IMG/VR virus record: IMGVR_UViG_3300037010_001702
Coordinates: 1 to 64,000 of that record
Direction: 5' to 3' (one strand)
DNA: 64,000 bases
The notes under the pieces are model-generated. The model was given only the letters and a program-made list of their open reading frames with translations. It made no database searches and was not told where the DNA came from. A program made the position numbers and the translations under genes. Shown here one piece after another: positions 9,802 through 19,389 of this stretch; the first letter of the stretch is position 1; the number at the start of each line of letters is the position of its first letter.

Positions 9802-10397
9802 GATTAAAAGAACTCCGTGAAATGGCAGTCAGGAATCCTATGGAAATGAATTTGACGGATTCTCAGCTTGATGAATTTTCTAAACTGTTATCAACTTCAA
9901 CGGATGTAAAACAAATAAATGAAAATAAGACAGTGAAGATCAAGCACAGTGATGGTAAAATTTACTATTCTCTTTGGCTTAGTGAGATACTTGTTTCCTT
10001 TAGCGTATGTTCTTTCATAACTATTGCTGCTAAGAAATATCTTAGTATTTTATTTTCTCATACACTAAAGGAATTTCAGCGAAAAGGTTATTCCCAAGAA
10101 CTTATTTGGGAATTACATCTAATCATTGAAGAACCAATTTACATCGGCGGATCATTTACAACTGCAGGTGAAGGTTCTACAGTCAAACTAGCAAATTATC
10201 TTGAAAAGATTAGAAGTATAAAACTAAAGATGATCGATAATAAATCGGGCGAAATTTTGGATTATGATAATGGCCTATTAATGAAAAAACCAAAAATTGG
10301 GCTATTAATAGAAAGTGCTGGAATGTTTGAAGCATTTACTGATGCTGGCCTTGTAAAATTTTGGTTGAATGACAATATAGATTTTAGTGAGACATAG
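9798..10397 (+). CDS. GNAT-like acetyltransferase with capsid-targeting-like leader
   Basis: Acetyl-CoA motif EFQRKGYSQELI; leader MRLKELRE. Confidence 0.55.
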   Translation: MRLKELREMAVRNPMEMNLTDSQLDEFSKLLSTSTDVKQINENKTVKIKHSDGKIYYSLWLSEILVSFSVCSFITIAAKKYLSILFSHTLKEFQRKGYSQELIWELHLIIEEPIYIGGSFTTAGEGSTVKLANYLEKIRSIKLKMIDNKSGEILDYDNGLLMKKPKIGLLIESAGMFEAFTDAGLVKFWLNDNIDFSET

Positions 10398-10398
10398 A

Positions 10399-10560
10399 AT
10401 GCAAGTTAAAGATCCGCGTAAAGCGCACTTACACATCTCTCTCGTAAAGAGTGTCTTTCGTGTTTTAGCAGGTGCTGTTATAATGAGCCAGATGTTTTAT
10501 ACTGGTGGTTTGCTTATCATCATTGCTGAAGTTCTTGGCGTCTTGGAAGAGATTGTGTGA
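10399..10560 (+). CDS. Small membrane protein (53 aa; below ORF-track cutoff)
   Basis: MQVKDPRKAHLHISLVKSVFRVLAGAVIMSQMFYTGGLLIIIAEVLGVLEEIV. Confidence 0.65.
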   Translation: MQVKDPRKAHLHISLVKSVFRVLAGAVIMSQMFYTGGLLIIIAEVLGVLEEIV

Positions 10561-10864
10561 CCTGTGAATGTCAAGTCTGTAAAGATATTGCCCCGCAGGA
10601 AACGTATTATAATTAATGGAAATGAGGAACAACGCCTCCAAGTTTTCAGCGAGCCGTTTGACCGCATTGAAGATGCTGAGACAGATGTAACATACTATAA
10701 AGCTATTTTGCATGGCTAAATGGTAAAGCAATCTTAGAACACTGGCTGAAGCTGTTGATCTGCACAAACACATCCAAAGTAAAAATTGCTCGGGATAGTG
10801 ACAGAAAATGCAAGTGGTAGCCAAAGTCTGATGACTTTCAAATTTACAAAGTGGTACTTATTAA

Positions 10865-12607
10865 ATGAAATACGAAAAACAAGTTGCTAATGCCTTTGAG
10901 CGGTTAGGATTCGTTCCCCGTGCAGGGCAGATGGATGCCGTTAACCAGGTCTTGGTTGCATTTGTGGATGAGAACATGCAGAATGTTGTCTTGAATGCTT
11001 CTACTGGAACCGGTAAGTCTATCATCGGCGCTGCTGTTGCTGAGGCATTGATTGAGATTCGTGGTGGGTTGGATTCTGCTACTAAGGCTAGTATCTCATT
11101 GACGGCCACAAACGTCCTCGCAAAACAGTATTCCACTACCTTTGAAAAGCTGGGTGGTAATGGCAAGTACATACAGATTAAGGGAGCAGGCAATTACGGT
11201 TGTTCTGCTTTATCTACTGGTGATGAAGAAGAAAATGCAGAAGCTTGCGCATGGTATACGATGGTACAATCTGGTTCTGAGTTTGAAGAAGTAATTAACC
11301 AGCATTGCAATAAGTGTGAGTACCTGAAAGTTAAGAAGCTAAAGAACACTACTCGACATCTTACAACCAACTACTCCTATTTCTTTATTGATCGGATGTA
11401 CACTGGTAAGTTTGAAGACCGCGATCTACTTATCTGGGATGAAGCTCACCTTGTTAATGATCTCTTCTCTGAACATAATGCAATTCACTTCTCACAGAAG
11501 CGAGTACAACAAATGGCTCAGGAAATTGCTGATACAGTTCGCCTAACTGATTTGGAAATCTCTAAAATTCTGACTTCAGTGGCTGCAGACTGTAGCAAGA
11601 AGGATAAGATTAACCAAAGCAACTATGAAGCTTACCTTCGTGCCATGCATAAAGTTTATTCTTATGCTAAGGAACAGGGAACCATTGCTGCTGAAAAAGC
11701 ATTACGCTCAAATCAAAATGGGCAGTACTCCAAGCTGACACGCTTCACGAAGAAGTATGAAGGACTTGCTTGTAAGATTGATGACCTCTTCAACTATAAC
11801 TACGAGCATGTGTTCGAGTATAAGGAAGAAGATAACTCAGTTACGGTGAAGCCTGTATTTGTTGGTTCAATGACAGAAGCTTTGCAGTGCAGTCCGCATA
11901 ATCTCTTTATGTCAGCTACTGTAACCGATCAGTTCATGATTAAGACTTTGCACTTGGATGTTGCGAAGACAAAGTTCATTAAGCTTGAGCCTACATTCCC
12001 TAAAGAGAATAAGGAAGTTGTGTTCTTTGATCCGCTATCTTTGAGTTACACCTCTCTTCAGAATCCCGACACAGTGAAAGCACTTCGAAAGAATGTAGCA
12101 CGGGTAGTTAGAAAGCACATCGACGATAATGAACGTGGTATCATTCTTACGCCATCATTTAAGCTACAAGCCGAATTGGTTGCAGAAATTACTCCTCTTG
12201 CTAGAGCAGGCAGGATGAAATTGTTCGAGCATGTACAGGGCACTAAGCTTGAAGCTACTCTAACAGCATTCAAAGAATATAAGGGAGAACTCCCTGCTAT
12301 TCTTGTATCACCTTCTATGTTTGAAGGTATTGACTTACCTGGAGACCTATCACGGTTTCAGATTTTAGTTAAGGCTCCATTCCCATCTCTGGGTGATAAG
12401 AGAATGAAGTTCATTCTAGACCACCACAAAGACATTTACGAGATAATTACGATCATGAAATGCGTGCAAGGCGCTGGCCGAAGTGTAAGATCGATAGATG
12501 ATCACGCAGTTACATATATCCTAGATTTAAATGGGCAAAGAATTTGGGGATCACCAGCAAACATATGGAAAAACGAATTCAATACCCGATATACTAAATT
12601 CTTATGA
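10865..12607 (+). CDS. DinG/Rad3-family SF2 helicase
   Basis: Q-motif PRAGQ, ASTGTGKS, DEAH, MSAT, EGIDLPGD, PFPS, QGAGRSVRS; Cys cluster. Confidence 0.9.
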   Translation: MKYEKQVANAFERLGFVPRAGQMDAVNQVLVAFVDENMQNVVLNASTGTGKSIIGAAVAEALIEIRGGLDSATKASISLTATNVLAKQYSTTFEKLGGNGKYIQIKGAGNYGCSALSTGDEEENAEACAWYTMVQSGSEFEEVINQHCNKCEYLKVKKLKNTTRHLTTNYSYFFIDRMYTGKFEDRDLLIWDEAHLVNDLFSEHNAIHFSQKRVQQMAQEIADTVRLTDLEISKILTSVAADCSKKDKINQSNYEAYLRAMHKVYSYAKEQGTIAAEKALRSNQNGQYSKLTRFTKKYEGLACKIDDLFNYNYEHVFEYKEEDNSVTVKPVFVGSMTEALQCSPHNLFMSATVTDQFMIKTLHLDVAKTKFIKLEPTFPKENKEVVFFDPLSLSYTSLQNPDTVKALRKNVARVVRKHIDDNERGIILTPSFKLQAELVAEITPLARAGRMKLFEHVQGTKLEATLTAFKEYKGELPAILVSPSMFEGIDLPGDLSRFQILVKAPFPSLGDKRMKFILDHHKDIYEIITIMKCVQGAGRSVRSIDDHAVTYILDLNGQRIWGSPANIWKNEFNTRYTKFL

Positions 12608-12840
12608 ACATCGAACAACTAAAAGAATATTTTGCAGAACAAATCAGCCGTGGTATCACTAATCTATTCTTCATGACACAGGAAGTTCATCCTGCTAATA
12701 AAGATGAATGGTGCGTGAGGGTTATCCCAGCGGCTGAGCTCGCAGAACTGGTTCCACATCTGCAGGATTATACATACTACCGTAATACGAATCACTGCCC
12801 ACATTTTTACAAGTGTCAAGTCAGGTTGAGCTTTACATAG
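12604..12840 (+). CDS. Hypothetical protein
   Basis: Coupled ORF; N-terminus resembles 30174..30371 (F..QI..G.T.L.F). Confidence 0.6.
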   Translation: MNIEQLKEYFAEQISRGITNLFFMTQEVHPANKDEWCVRVIPAAELAELVPHLQDYTYYRNTNHCPHFYKCQVRLSFT

Positions 12841-12888
12841 GCAAGTTGCGTGTTATAATAAATTTTATCTTATTTTAAAGGAGACGTA

Positions 12889-13203
12889 ATGTCCAAAAAG
12901 TTGAAGTATAAAGAAGACAAGTGTATCTATCGTTTGAACCTCACTCATACTGAAGTTGAACTAATTGCGGCCTTAGTGCAGCAGGTTCGTCTTGGCAGTG
13001 GTGACATCTATAAAGAAGTTGCATTTAATCTGTGCGAGTTATTTGGTAGCACAGAAGACTTTAATTGTTCTGTTTTGGATTCACACATCACTGTTGGATC
13101 TTCCATTGATAAGGGAGGGTATACGACTATTGAAGTCGAGGAAGCTGCATTCCAAGGTATGGGATGCCAAGGTTGCTGCTCAGGATGCAGTTGTGGCGAT
13201 TGA
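12889..13203 (+). CDS. Hypothetical protein with Cys-rich tail
   Basis: AGGAG RBS; upstream TTTACA-N17-TATAAT-like promoter; C-term CQGCCSGCSC. Confidence 0.7.
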   Translation: MSKKLKYKEDKCIYRLNLTHTEVELIAALVQQVRLGSGDIYKEVAFNLCELFGSTEDFNCSVLDSHITVGSSIDKGGYTTIEVEEAAFQGMGCQGCCSGCSCGD

Positions 13204-13257
13204 TAGTTATCATAACCTTCTATAAATTGACCCATCTAAAATAGATAGAGTAAAAGT

Positions 13258-13830
13258 ATGACAATAAATGCTATCCTCGTGGAGGGTTTGGACAGATTGG
13301 GCAAGAGTACATTAGTAGAAAGTATTCAACAAGAGCTCGGATATTTCCAAGTCATTCATTTTGGGAAGCCACAACACTTGAAGTTCTATGAGCAAAAAGA
13401 CAACAATGGATTTGTTTCGACTGGGGAGAGCGCGTATCTTTACCAGCACGCCTCATTCGACAACATGTTCAGAATCCTTAATTCAACAGCAAGAGTTATC
13501 TTTGATCGAGCACATCTCGGAGAATGCGTCTACTCACCAATTTATCGCAACTATTCTGGTGATTACGTGTATGATCTTGAGTGCTATCATGGCATGGATC
13601 ATAATGACTCTACCAAACTCATACTCTTGGTAGAGAATATGTCTATCTCTGAACACTTTGTTGACGATGGTTTATCCTTCGACATTACAAAGCGTCAGCA
13701 AGAGCAAGACCTTTTCGAAGAAGCGTTTCATAAATCAATCATTAAGAACAAACAGATCATCTGTGTAACAGACCCTGCAACGGGCAAGTTCCGCTCTAAA
13801 GAAGACATTCTAAAAGAAGCTTTACAATGA
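13258..13830 (+). CDS. Thymidylate-kinase-like dNMP kinase (candidate hm-dCMP kinase)
   Basis: VEGLDRLGKST P-loop; IFDRAHLGE.VY. Confidence 0.8.
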   Translation: MTINAILVEGLDRLGKSTLVESIQQELGYFQVIHFGKPQHLKFYEQKDNNGFVSTGESAYLYQHASFDNMFRILNSTARVIFDRAHLGECVYSPIYRNYSGDYVYDLECYHGMDHNDSTKLILLVENMSISEHFVDDGLSFDITKRQQEQDLFEEAFHKSIIKNKQIICVTDPATGKFRSKEDILKEALQ

Positions 13831-14438
13831 AATTGAATGAAATTTTACGTGTAGCTTCTTTATCCGATTTAGAATCAAAAATTAAACTCAGCCAAGAACA
13901 GATTAATAATGCTAAAAGTTTAGGCTTTATGGCACATAGTTTTGAAGTGTTTGAAATTAATGGTGAAGTCGGGGGACTGAAAGTATTTTATGCGAAAAAG
14001 GAAGAGAATATTATTGGTCAGTTAGCTCTTGAAAAAACTGAAATTTGCAAAATTAGTGGGTATATCTGTAGACGTTCATATATTATTCCATCAGAAGAAA
14101 AAAAAGGATATGGTTCAGATTTTTATGTCTTCATAAGAAAATATCTCAAGTCACCAATGTTTGCCATGTTCAGTGATGAATCGCAAACACCTGATGGAAT
14201 AAACCTGTGGAAATCTTTAAGCAAAAGATTTGATGTTAAAGTGTTAAACATTCAGACTGGCGAAATAAAATCCCGAAAAGATGTTAATGATGATATAATA
14301 TACACTAATGATGCTGACAAATCAGCAGATTTTATGCTAATGATTGAATCTGCCAAAGCATTTGCTATCCCCACACAGTCGTATATTAAGGGAAGCATCT
14401 TAACACCATATGCATTATTTGAAGATGGAGATTATTAA
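13827..14438 (+). CDS. GNAT-like acetyltransferase with leader
   Basis: EEKKGYGSDFY...FSDESQTPDGINLWKSL; leader MKLNEIL; resembles 9798. Confidence 0.55.
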   Translation: MKLNEILRVASLSDLESKIKLSQEQINNAKSLGFMAHSFEVFEINGEVGGLKVFYAKKEENIIGQLALEKTEICKISGYICRRSYIIPSEEKKGYGSDFYVFIRKYLKSPMFAMFSDESQTPDGINLWKSLSKRFDVKVLNIQTGEIKSRKDVNDDIIYTNDADKSADFMLMIESAKAFAIPTQSYIKGSILTPYALFEDGDY

Positions 14439-15560
14439 ATGAAAGTTGCAGTCATCAAGTTGGGATCGCGTATCTCCTTCAATGCTAATGATACGTCCGG
14501 TGCCAATGGAGAAGCTAGAAGCATCTGTAAGATGCTTAAAGGTGGAGGAGCCGAGGTTCATATCTACACGAAGATTCTTAAGAAAGATAAACTAGTAGAA
14601 GATTACCAGTGGCATGATCTGTCTGAGCATATTCTTGACCACCCCACAGAAGATATTCTTGTTATTCTGAATGGTAATGTTAACTTCTTTGGTGGTGCTG
14701 AAGATCGCGAACAGCTTTTGAACTATGCAATCATCAATGCATTTGAAGGCCCTATCTTTTATGTATACTGCGACCCTGAACTTACATTGAAGCAAGTATG
14801 GCCATCAGTTGCTAAGAAGCCATGGGCTGGCAATTGGTCTCAAGGCACACTTGATATCGTTCGTAAGGACATCAATTATCTGTGTCAGCCCTTCGACACT
14901 GAGATGATTCGAAATGATCTGAAGAAGCATGAAATCATTCCACAGAATATCATTCATTTCCCGTTCGAACAGTTTCCCTGTTTGAATGAACGGCTCCCAT
15001 TCAACCCAGCTCCAGAAGTTGATCTATCTTACGGCGGAACAATGCGGGGCGGTAAGCGTGTTAAGAAGATGGCTAAGTTTTACTTTGGTCATCCAGATGA
15101 AATCTCTGTAGAGATGTTTGGTAAGATTGAAGCTAAAGACTTTGAAGACAAATATGTTATGGGTCTACGCCATCCTACTTACACTGGTCCAGTTAAATAC
15201 GATGACATGCTTCCTAAGATGAATAAAGCAATGGCGCATTGTGTTATCGGAGATCCTTATTACGAGAAGATTAATGACATTCCGCAGCGCTTGTGGGAGA
15301 GCGTTAATTCCAATGTGGTTACGTTTATTGATTATGAAATGGATAAAATGCGTAGAGTGTGGGCAGCAGATAAAGTGCTAGGCGATTTTCTTTATGTAAA
15401 AGATAGACAAGAACTTTCTGAGAAAATACTATTACTAAAGTCTGATAATGAACTTCGCAAGCAAATACTGTCAGATCAGTTTACAGCACTTAACTTTAAT
15501 CCTGAAGAATATTGCGCATCATTTGTCAATCTGATTAAAAGCAATATCAGAATCCCGTAA
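14439..15560 (+). CDS. bgt: DNA beta-glucosyltransferase homologue (GT-B, acts on hmC)
   Basis: NVNFFGG, YCD (catalytic Asp position), QVWPSV.KKPWA, FPFEQ, YGGTMRGGKR, IGD..Y, RLWE; colinear with T4 BGT. Confidence 0.9.
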   Translation: MKVAVIKLGSRISFNANDTSGANGEARSICKMLKGGGAEVHIYTKILKKDKLVEDYQWHDLSEHILDHPTEDILVILNGNVNFFGGAEDREQLLNYAIINAFEGPIFYVYCDPELTLKQVWPSVAKKPWAGNWSQGTLDIVRKDINYLCQPFDTEMIRNDLKKHEIIPQNIIHFPFEQFPCLNERLPFNPAPEVDLSYGGTMRGGKRVKKMAKFYFGHPDEISVEMFGKIEAKDFEDKYVMGLRHPTYTGPVKYDDMLPKMNKAMAHCVIGDPYYEKINDIPQRLWESVNSNVVTFIDYEMDKMRRVWAADKVLGDFLYVKDRQELSEKILLLKSDNELRKQILSDQFTALNFNPEEYCASFVNLIKSNIRIP

Positions 15561-15581
15561 ATAAAGCGAGCCCGGAAAATT

Positions 15582-15785
15582 ATGGTAGTGCATTTAAAGG
15601 TTGGCGTTTATTGTGGATTTATGGAAATCTATACTGATGATAGAATATTTGCTACAAATATTATGGGTGTAGATTGCACTGTAGATAGAGATAAGATGTG
15701 TGTAGAATTTCCCTCTCTAGGTTATTCAAAGCGTATTATTGAAGATACAGGGTTCTCGATATTATTTGAAGCAATAAAATTGTGA
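15582..15785 (+). CDS. Hypothetical protein
   Basis: ORF after TAAATA at 15558. Confidence 0.4.
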   Translation: MVVHLKVGVYCGFMEIYTDDRIFATNIMGVDCTVDRDKMCVEFPSLGYSKRIIEDTGFSILFEAIKL

Positions 15786-15804
15786 TACTCTTAAAGGTAG
15801 TATA

Positions 15805-15990
15805 ATGGAACTTATCAGCAAAACCACTGTAATAGATGATGTGACATATGAACCTATTCACACACTAACATTTAAAGTTAGTCAAACTCTCCTTGATGAT
15901 TTAGCTCTCATCAAGGAGATGTATGGAGCGAATGAGGCAGCTACTATTATTGGGACCGAGCTTTTAGAACAAATTCTTAAGAGGAAATAA
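15805..15990 (+). CDS. Hypothetical protein
   Basis: ORF coupled to next gene. Confidence 0.55.
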   Translation: MELISKTTVIDDVTYEPIHTLTFKVSQTLLDDLALIKEMYGANEAATIIGTELLEQILKRK

Positions 15991-15991
15991 A

Positions 15992-17902
15992 ATGAACATT
16001 GTTATCTTAGCTGGTGGCACCGGCAGTATTGCTATCCAGACAGCGCTCTATAACTCTCTAGAACAAATCGGGGATAAAGGAGATGTTGATATAAAAATCC
16101 TAGTGAATGCATATGATGCAGGTTTGAGTACTGGTGCCGTTAGACGAGTAATGAATGGTGACATCCTTGGTCCATCTGATGTTCGTAAGAACCAGACCAC
16201 ACGGCTTAAGCTTGAGCATCCTGTATCTCCGTGGCATAAATTTCTTGACATTCGATTCTCAAAACCTGCGACCGAAGTAGAAGCATTCTGTATTCAGCAG
16301 ATTAATACACTTCAAAAGGAACTAGAAGATTATGAACTTCCATCTAATCTTAGTGTTATTGACAAGGCGGTCGGGTCTTACTTCAATGCGCCACTTGCTA
16401 CTAAGATTGACTACTATGATTTCTCTTTAGCGAATATTATCTATGCAGGCCTTGCTCGCATGCATAAGAACTCTCTTCGTGCTGCAGCTCGTGAGATGGC
16501 AAAATTGCTTGGTATCAAAGACAATGTTCTATTGAATGATGACACCTCTTTGTTCCTTGGGGCTATTACTAAGTCTGGTATCCGCGTGACAGATGAGGGA
16601 GATATTGTTTCATGGGGAAGAATGGACGATCCATTCGTAGACATCTTTTTTACTGATTCAAGAGGTAATGAATCGAAACCAGTGTTGTGCAATGAAGCTC
16701 ACCATGCAATTATGGATGCTGATCTGATTATCCTTTCATCTGGAACACAATGGTCATCATTGATTCCTACTTATGCATCTTCTGGATTTAAATCAGCCAT
16801 TGACCAGTGCAATGCGAAGTTGCTAATGGTTATGAATCGAATTCCTGATAAGGATTCTCCTGGCCAGTCTGCATCTGACATCATCAACATTCTTGTGCCA
16901 AACTATTTCCCAGCAGGTCGCTTGCATGTTCTATGTGATAATACTGCTCATGAACTTATGCAGGGTTCTAACATTGACTTCAATATCCAATCTACTGTAG
17001 CAGGCATTTATAGCTATGACTTGTCTGATTCCGAATCCAACAAGCATAGTCCTAGAGCTCTAGCAAAGTCTATTGCATCCATTTACTGGAACATCGAATC
17101 AAGTAGCCAAGTGCAGAACACCACATACGTTTTTGATTATGATGACACCCTTGTTGGTCGTGGTAATGCATACAAGAGAGCATCACAATACAATGTCAAT
17201 GGGTTAAGCGCACTAAACGAAAAGATTAATGTTGCTGTCTGCACTGGTAACGGTATCAAAGCTGTCAAACTAACCCGCAAAGCTGAAATCATGGGCAATG
17301 GTTTGACGCCAATGAGATTTGATAAACCTATGCTGCGAGTATTTGCAGATGGTGGTATTAATGAATATGCTTACAGCACTAACTGCGAAGACAGCAATGA
17401 TGGAGTTTGTGCTCTTGCAATGAAACATCTTGATCCTTCTAAAGTGCTAAGCAAAACAGAACTGTCATTAGTCATGATGCGATTGAAGGAAGCAGGAATT
17501 CCTGTTGCTAAAATTGAAAATCGTGGAGACACTGTCATTGCCATCAAACCGATTGATGCTGAGTACCGTGACTCGATTACACGATTACTTGAACTTACCT
17601 TCCTTTCTCAGAATGGAAATGAAAAGAACTCATGGGCTATTACACCTTCAGGTAGAACGACTATTGAAATTTCTAAATCTGGAATCTCGAAAGCTCGTGC
17701 TATTGAGGAATTGCTAGCATCAACATTTGAACCAATTGTATTCATCGGTGACGAGCTTGATTACGGAAATGACTTCTGTATTAAAGAACTCGCACAGAAG
17801 AATATTCAGCTGTCCTGTTTGAAAGTGCGATCACCTATTCACACCGCATGGCTGATCAACACGCTACTTGATAACTTACAAGTTATAATGTTTAATAAAT
17901 GA
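15992..17902 (+). CDS. CofD/YvcK(UPF0052)-family domain fused to HAD-IIB phosphatase/phosphomutase
   Basis: N: IVILAGGTGS, NAYDAGLSTG, GPSDVR, ADLIILSSGT..SSLIP; C: FDYDDTL, CTGN, GRTTIEI..SGISK, FIGDELDYGND. Confidence 0.85.
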   Translation: MNIVILAGGTGSIAIQTALYNSLEQIGDKGDVDIKILVNAYDAGLSTGAVRRVMNGDILGPSDVRKNQTTRLKLEHPVSPWHKFLDIRFSKPATEVEAFCIQQINTLQKELEDYELPSNLSVIDKAVGSYFNAPLATKIDYYDFSLANIIYAGLARMHKNSLRAAAREMAKLLGIKDNVLLNDDTSLFLGAITKSGIRVTDEGDIVSWGRMDDPFVDIFFTDSRGNESKPVLCNEAHHAIMDADLIILSSGTQWSSLIPTYASSGFKSAIDQCNAKLLMVMNRIPDKDSPGQSASDIINILVPNYFPAGRLHVLCDNTAHELMQGSNIDFNIQSTVAGIYSYDLSDSESNKHSPRALAKSIASIYWNIESSSQVQNTTYVFDYDDTLVGRGNAYKRASQYNVNGLSALNEKINVAVCTGNGIKAVKLTRKAEIMGNGLTPMRFDKPMLRVFADGGINEYAYSTNCEDSNDGVCALAMKHLDPSKVLSKTELSLVMMRLKEAGIPVAKIENRGDTVIAIKPIDAEYRDSITRLLELTFLSQNGNEKNSWAITPSGRTTIEISKSGISKARAIEELLASTFEPIVFIGDELDYGNDFCIKELAQKNIQLSCLKVRSPIHTAWLINTLLDNLQVIMFNK

Positions 17903-18717
17903 AACAAGACCTCTATATTATTGCTGCAGGTAAAGGCTCTCGAATGGGAGGGAGCCTTCCTAAAGCATTAGTTCCAATTAATGGTACAGAACCATGTTTA
18001 ACAACAACTCTAAAGCAGATTGGAAATAAATTTCTAAATGTATTCTTAGTTGTTAATACTGACATCATTGAGATTTGGGAAAAGTATCTCCGCACGCAAG
18101 TTGATTATACCGAGTATCCACTTGACTATGCAAGGAATGTTACCCTAGTCCCCATTAAATCAGGATTGGGCGATGGCCATGCTGTTATGTCTGCATTAGA
18201 ATCAGTTGTTGCAGAATTAGGCAAGACGAAATCAACACCTAAGTTCTCAGATGACATCGTTGTTTGCTGGGGTGATGTATTCTTTCCCCATGCAGAACTT
18301 ATCGATGAGTTGCTATCTAGACCACTAAAGAATGGATTGTTCCCTGTTGTTAGAGAAGATAATCCTTACGTGACCTTGCTTACGAATTCTGATATGCAAT
18401 GCATATCAGCAGATTTTTCTAAGTATGGTGAGAACCATCCTACTGGATTCCATGATCAATCCATTTTTAGATTCAATAGAAATCTATTGAGCCAAACCCT
18501 TTATACTCTTCATGACGCCTACTGGAAGAATGGTCGCTATATGACACCTGGTGGTGAGCTCTCACTGCTTCACACCTTCCATTATTTGTATAACACAGAA
18601 TCACCCGCATCTGTTTATGAAACAGATTACCCAACGCTAAGCTTCAATACACCTGAAGAAGTAGCAGATATTCAAAAGGAAATTAACAAAAAATGGCAGA
18701 ACAATCAGTCCTCGTGA
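17899..18717 (+). CDS. Sugar-phosphate nucleotidyltransferase (GlmU/RmlA-like NTP transferase)
   Basis: IIAAGKGSRMGGSLPKALVPING, GLGDGHAV, VCWGDV, SFNTPEE. Confidence 0.85.
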   Translation: MKQDLYIIAAGKGSRMGGSLPKALVPINGTEPCLTTTLKQIGNKFLNVFLVVNTDIIEIWEKYLRTQVDYTEYPLDYARNVTLVPIKSGLGDGHAVMSALESVVAELGKTKSTPKFSDDIVVCWGDVFFPHAELIDELLSRPLKNGLFPVVREDNPYVTLLTNSDMQCISADFSKYGENHPTGFHDQSIFRFNRNLLSQTLYTLHDAYWKNGRYMTPGGELSLLHTFHYLYNTESPASVYETDYPTLSFNTPEEVADIQKEINKKWQNNQSS

Positions 18718-19355
18718 CCCTTACTGCACCATCATGCAGTGGAAAGAGTCACCTTTTAAACTACATTCGCAATGAGCAAAAGCTTCCATGCATAGTGTCA
18801 ACTACAACTAGACCTCCTCGCCCAGGTGAAGTTGACGGCGTTGACTACTTCTTTATCTCTGAAGAACAATCAAAAGACATTGAGGCAGCAGATGGGTTCG
18901 CAGAGCTTGCTATCTATAATGGTGTACGCTATGGTGTTACTAAATCGGAATTCAAGACGAAGCTTGATACGGGTTTAACATTCCTAATCGTTGAACCTTC
19001 TGGTATTGACCATTATGTAAAGCCAGCTCTCGATGCTGGGGCAATACATCTAAAATACTTCATCACTGTTCCACAAACAGTTCGTCTTGAACGATTCAAA
19101 AAACGGCTAGATGCCGATCTGGCTGAGGTTATGGATCGTCACACCCCCACCATTGAGGATGAACTTAATAAGAAGAAACAAATTCAATCATGTGTTGAAA
19201 TGGGGTTGAAACGATATAAAGCCATGCTGACTGTTGAACCGGGATGGATTGACTTAGTGGCATGGGACGGAGTATTGTCAGGATTAGATTCGCCAAATCA
19301 TAACATGTCAGTAATCCTTGGTAAGATTCAGCAAATGAATCTGAATAGCAACTGA
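18693..19355 (+). CDS. gmk: Guanylate kinase
   Basis: APSCSGKS, VSTTTRPPRPGEVDGVDYFF, YG. Confidence 0.85.
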   Translation: MAEQSVLVTLTAPSCSGKSHLLNYIRNEQKLPCIVSTTTRPPRPGEVDGVDYFFISEEQSKDIEAADGFAELAIYNGVRYGVTKSEFKTKLDTGLTFLIVEPSGIDHYVKPALDAGAIHLKYFITVPQTVRLERFKKRLDADLAEVMDRHTPTIEDELNKKKQIQSCVEMGLKRYKAMLTVEPGWIDLVAWDGVLSGLDSPNHNMSVILGKIQQMNLNSN

Positions 19356-19389
19356 ACGGATCGAGATTAACTACAAAGTAAATACCTTT

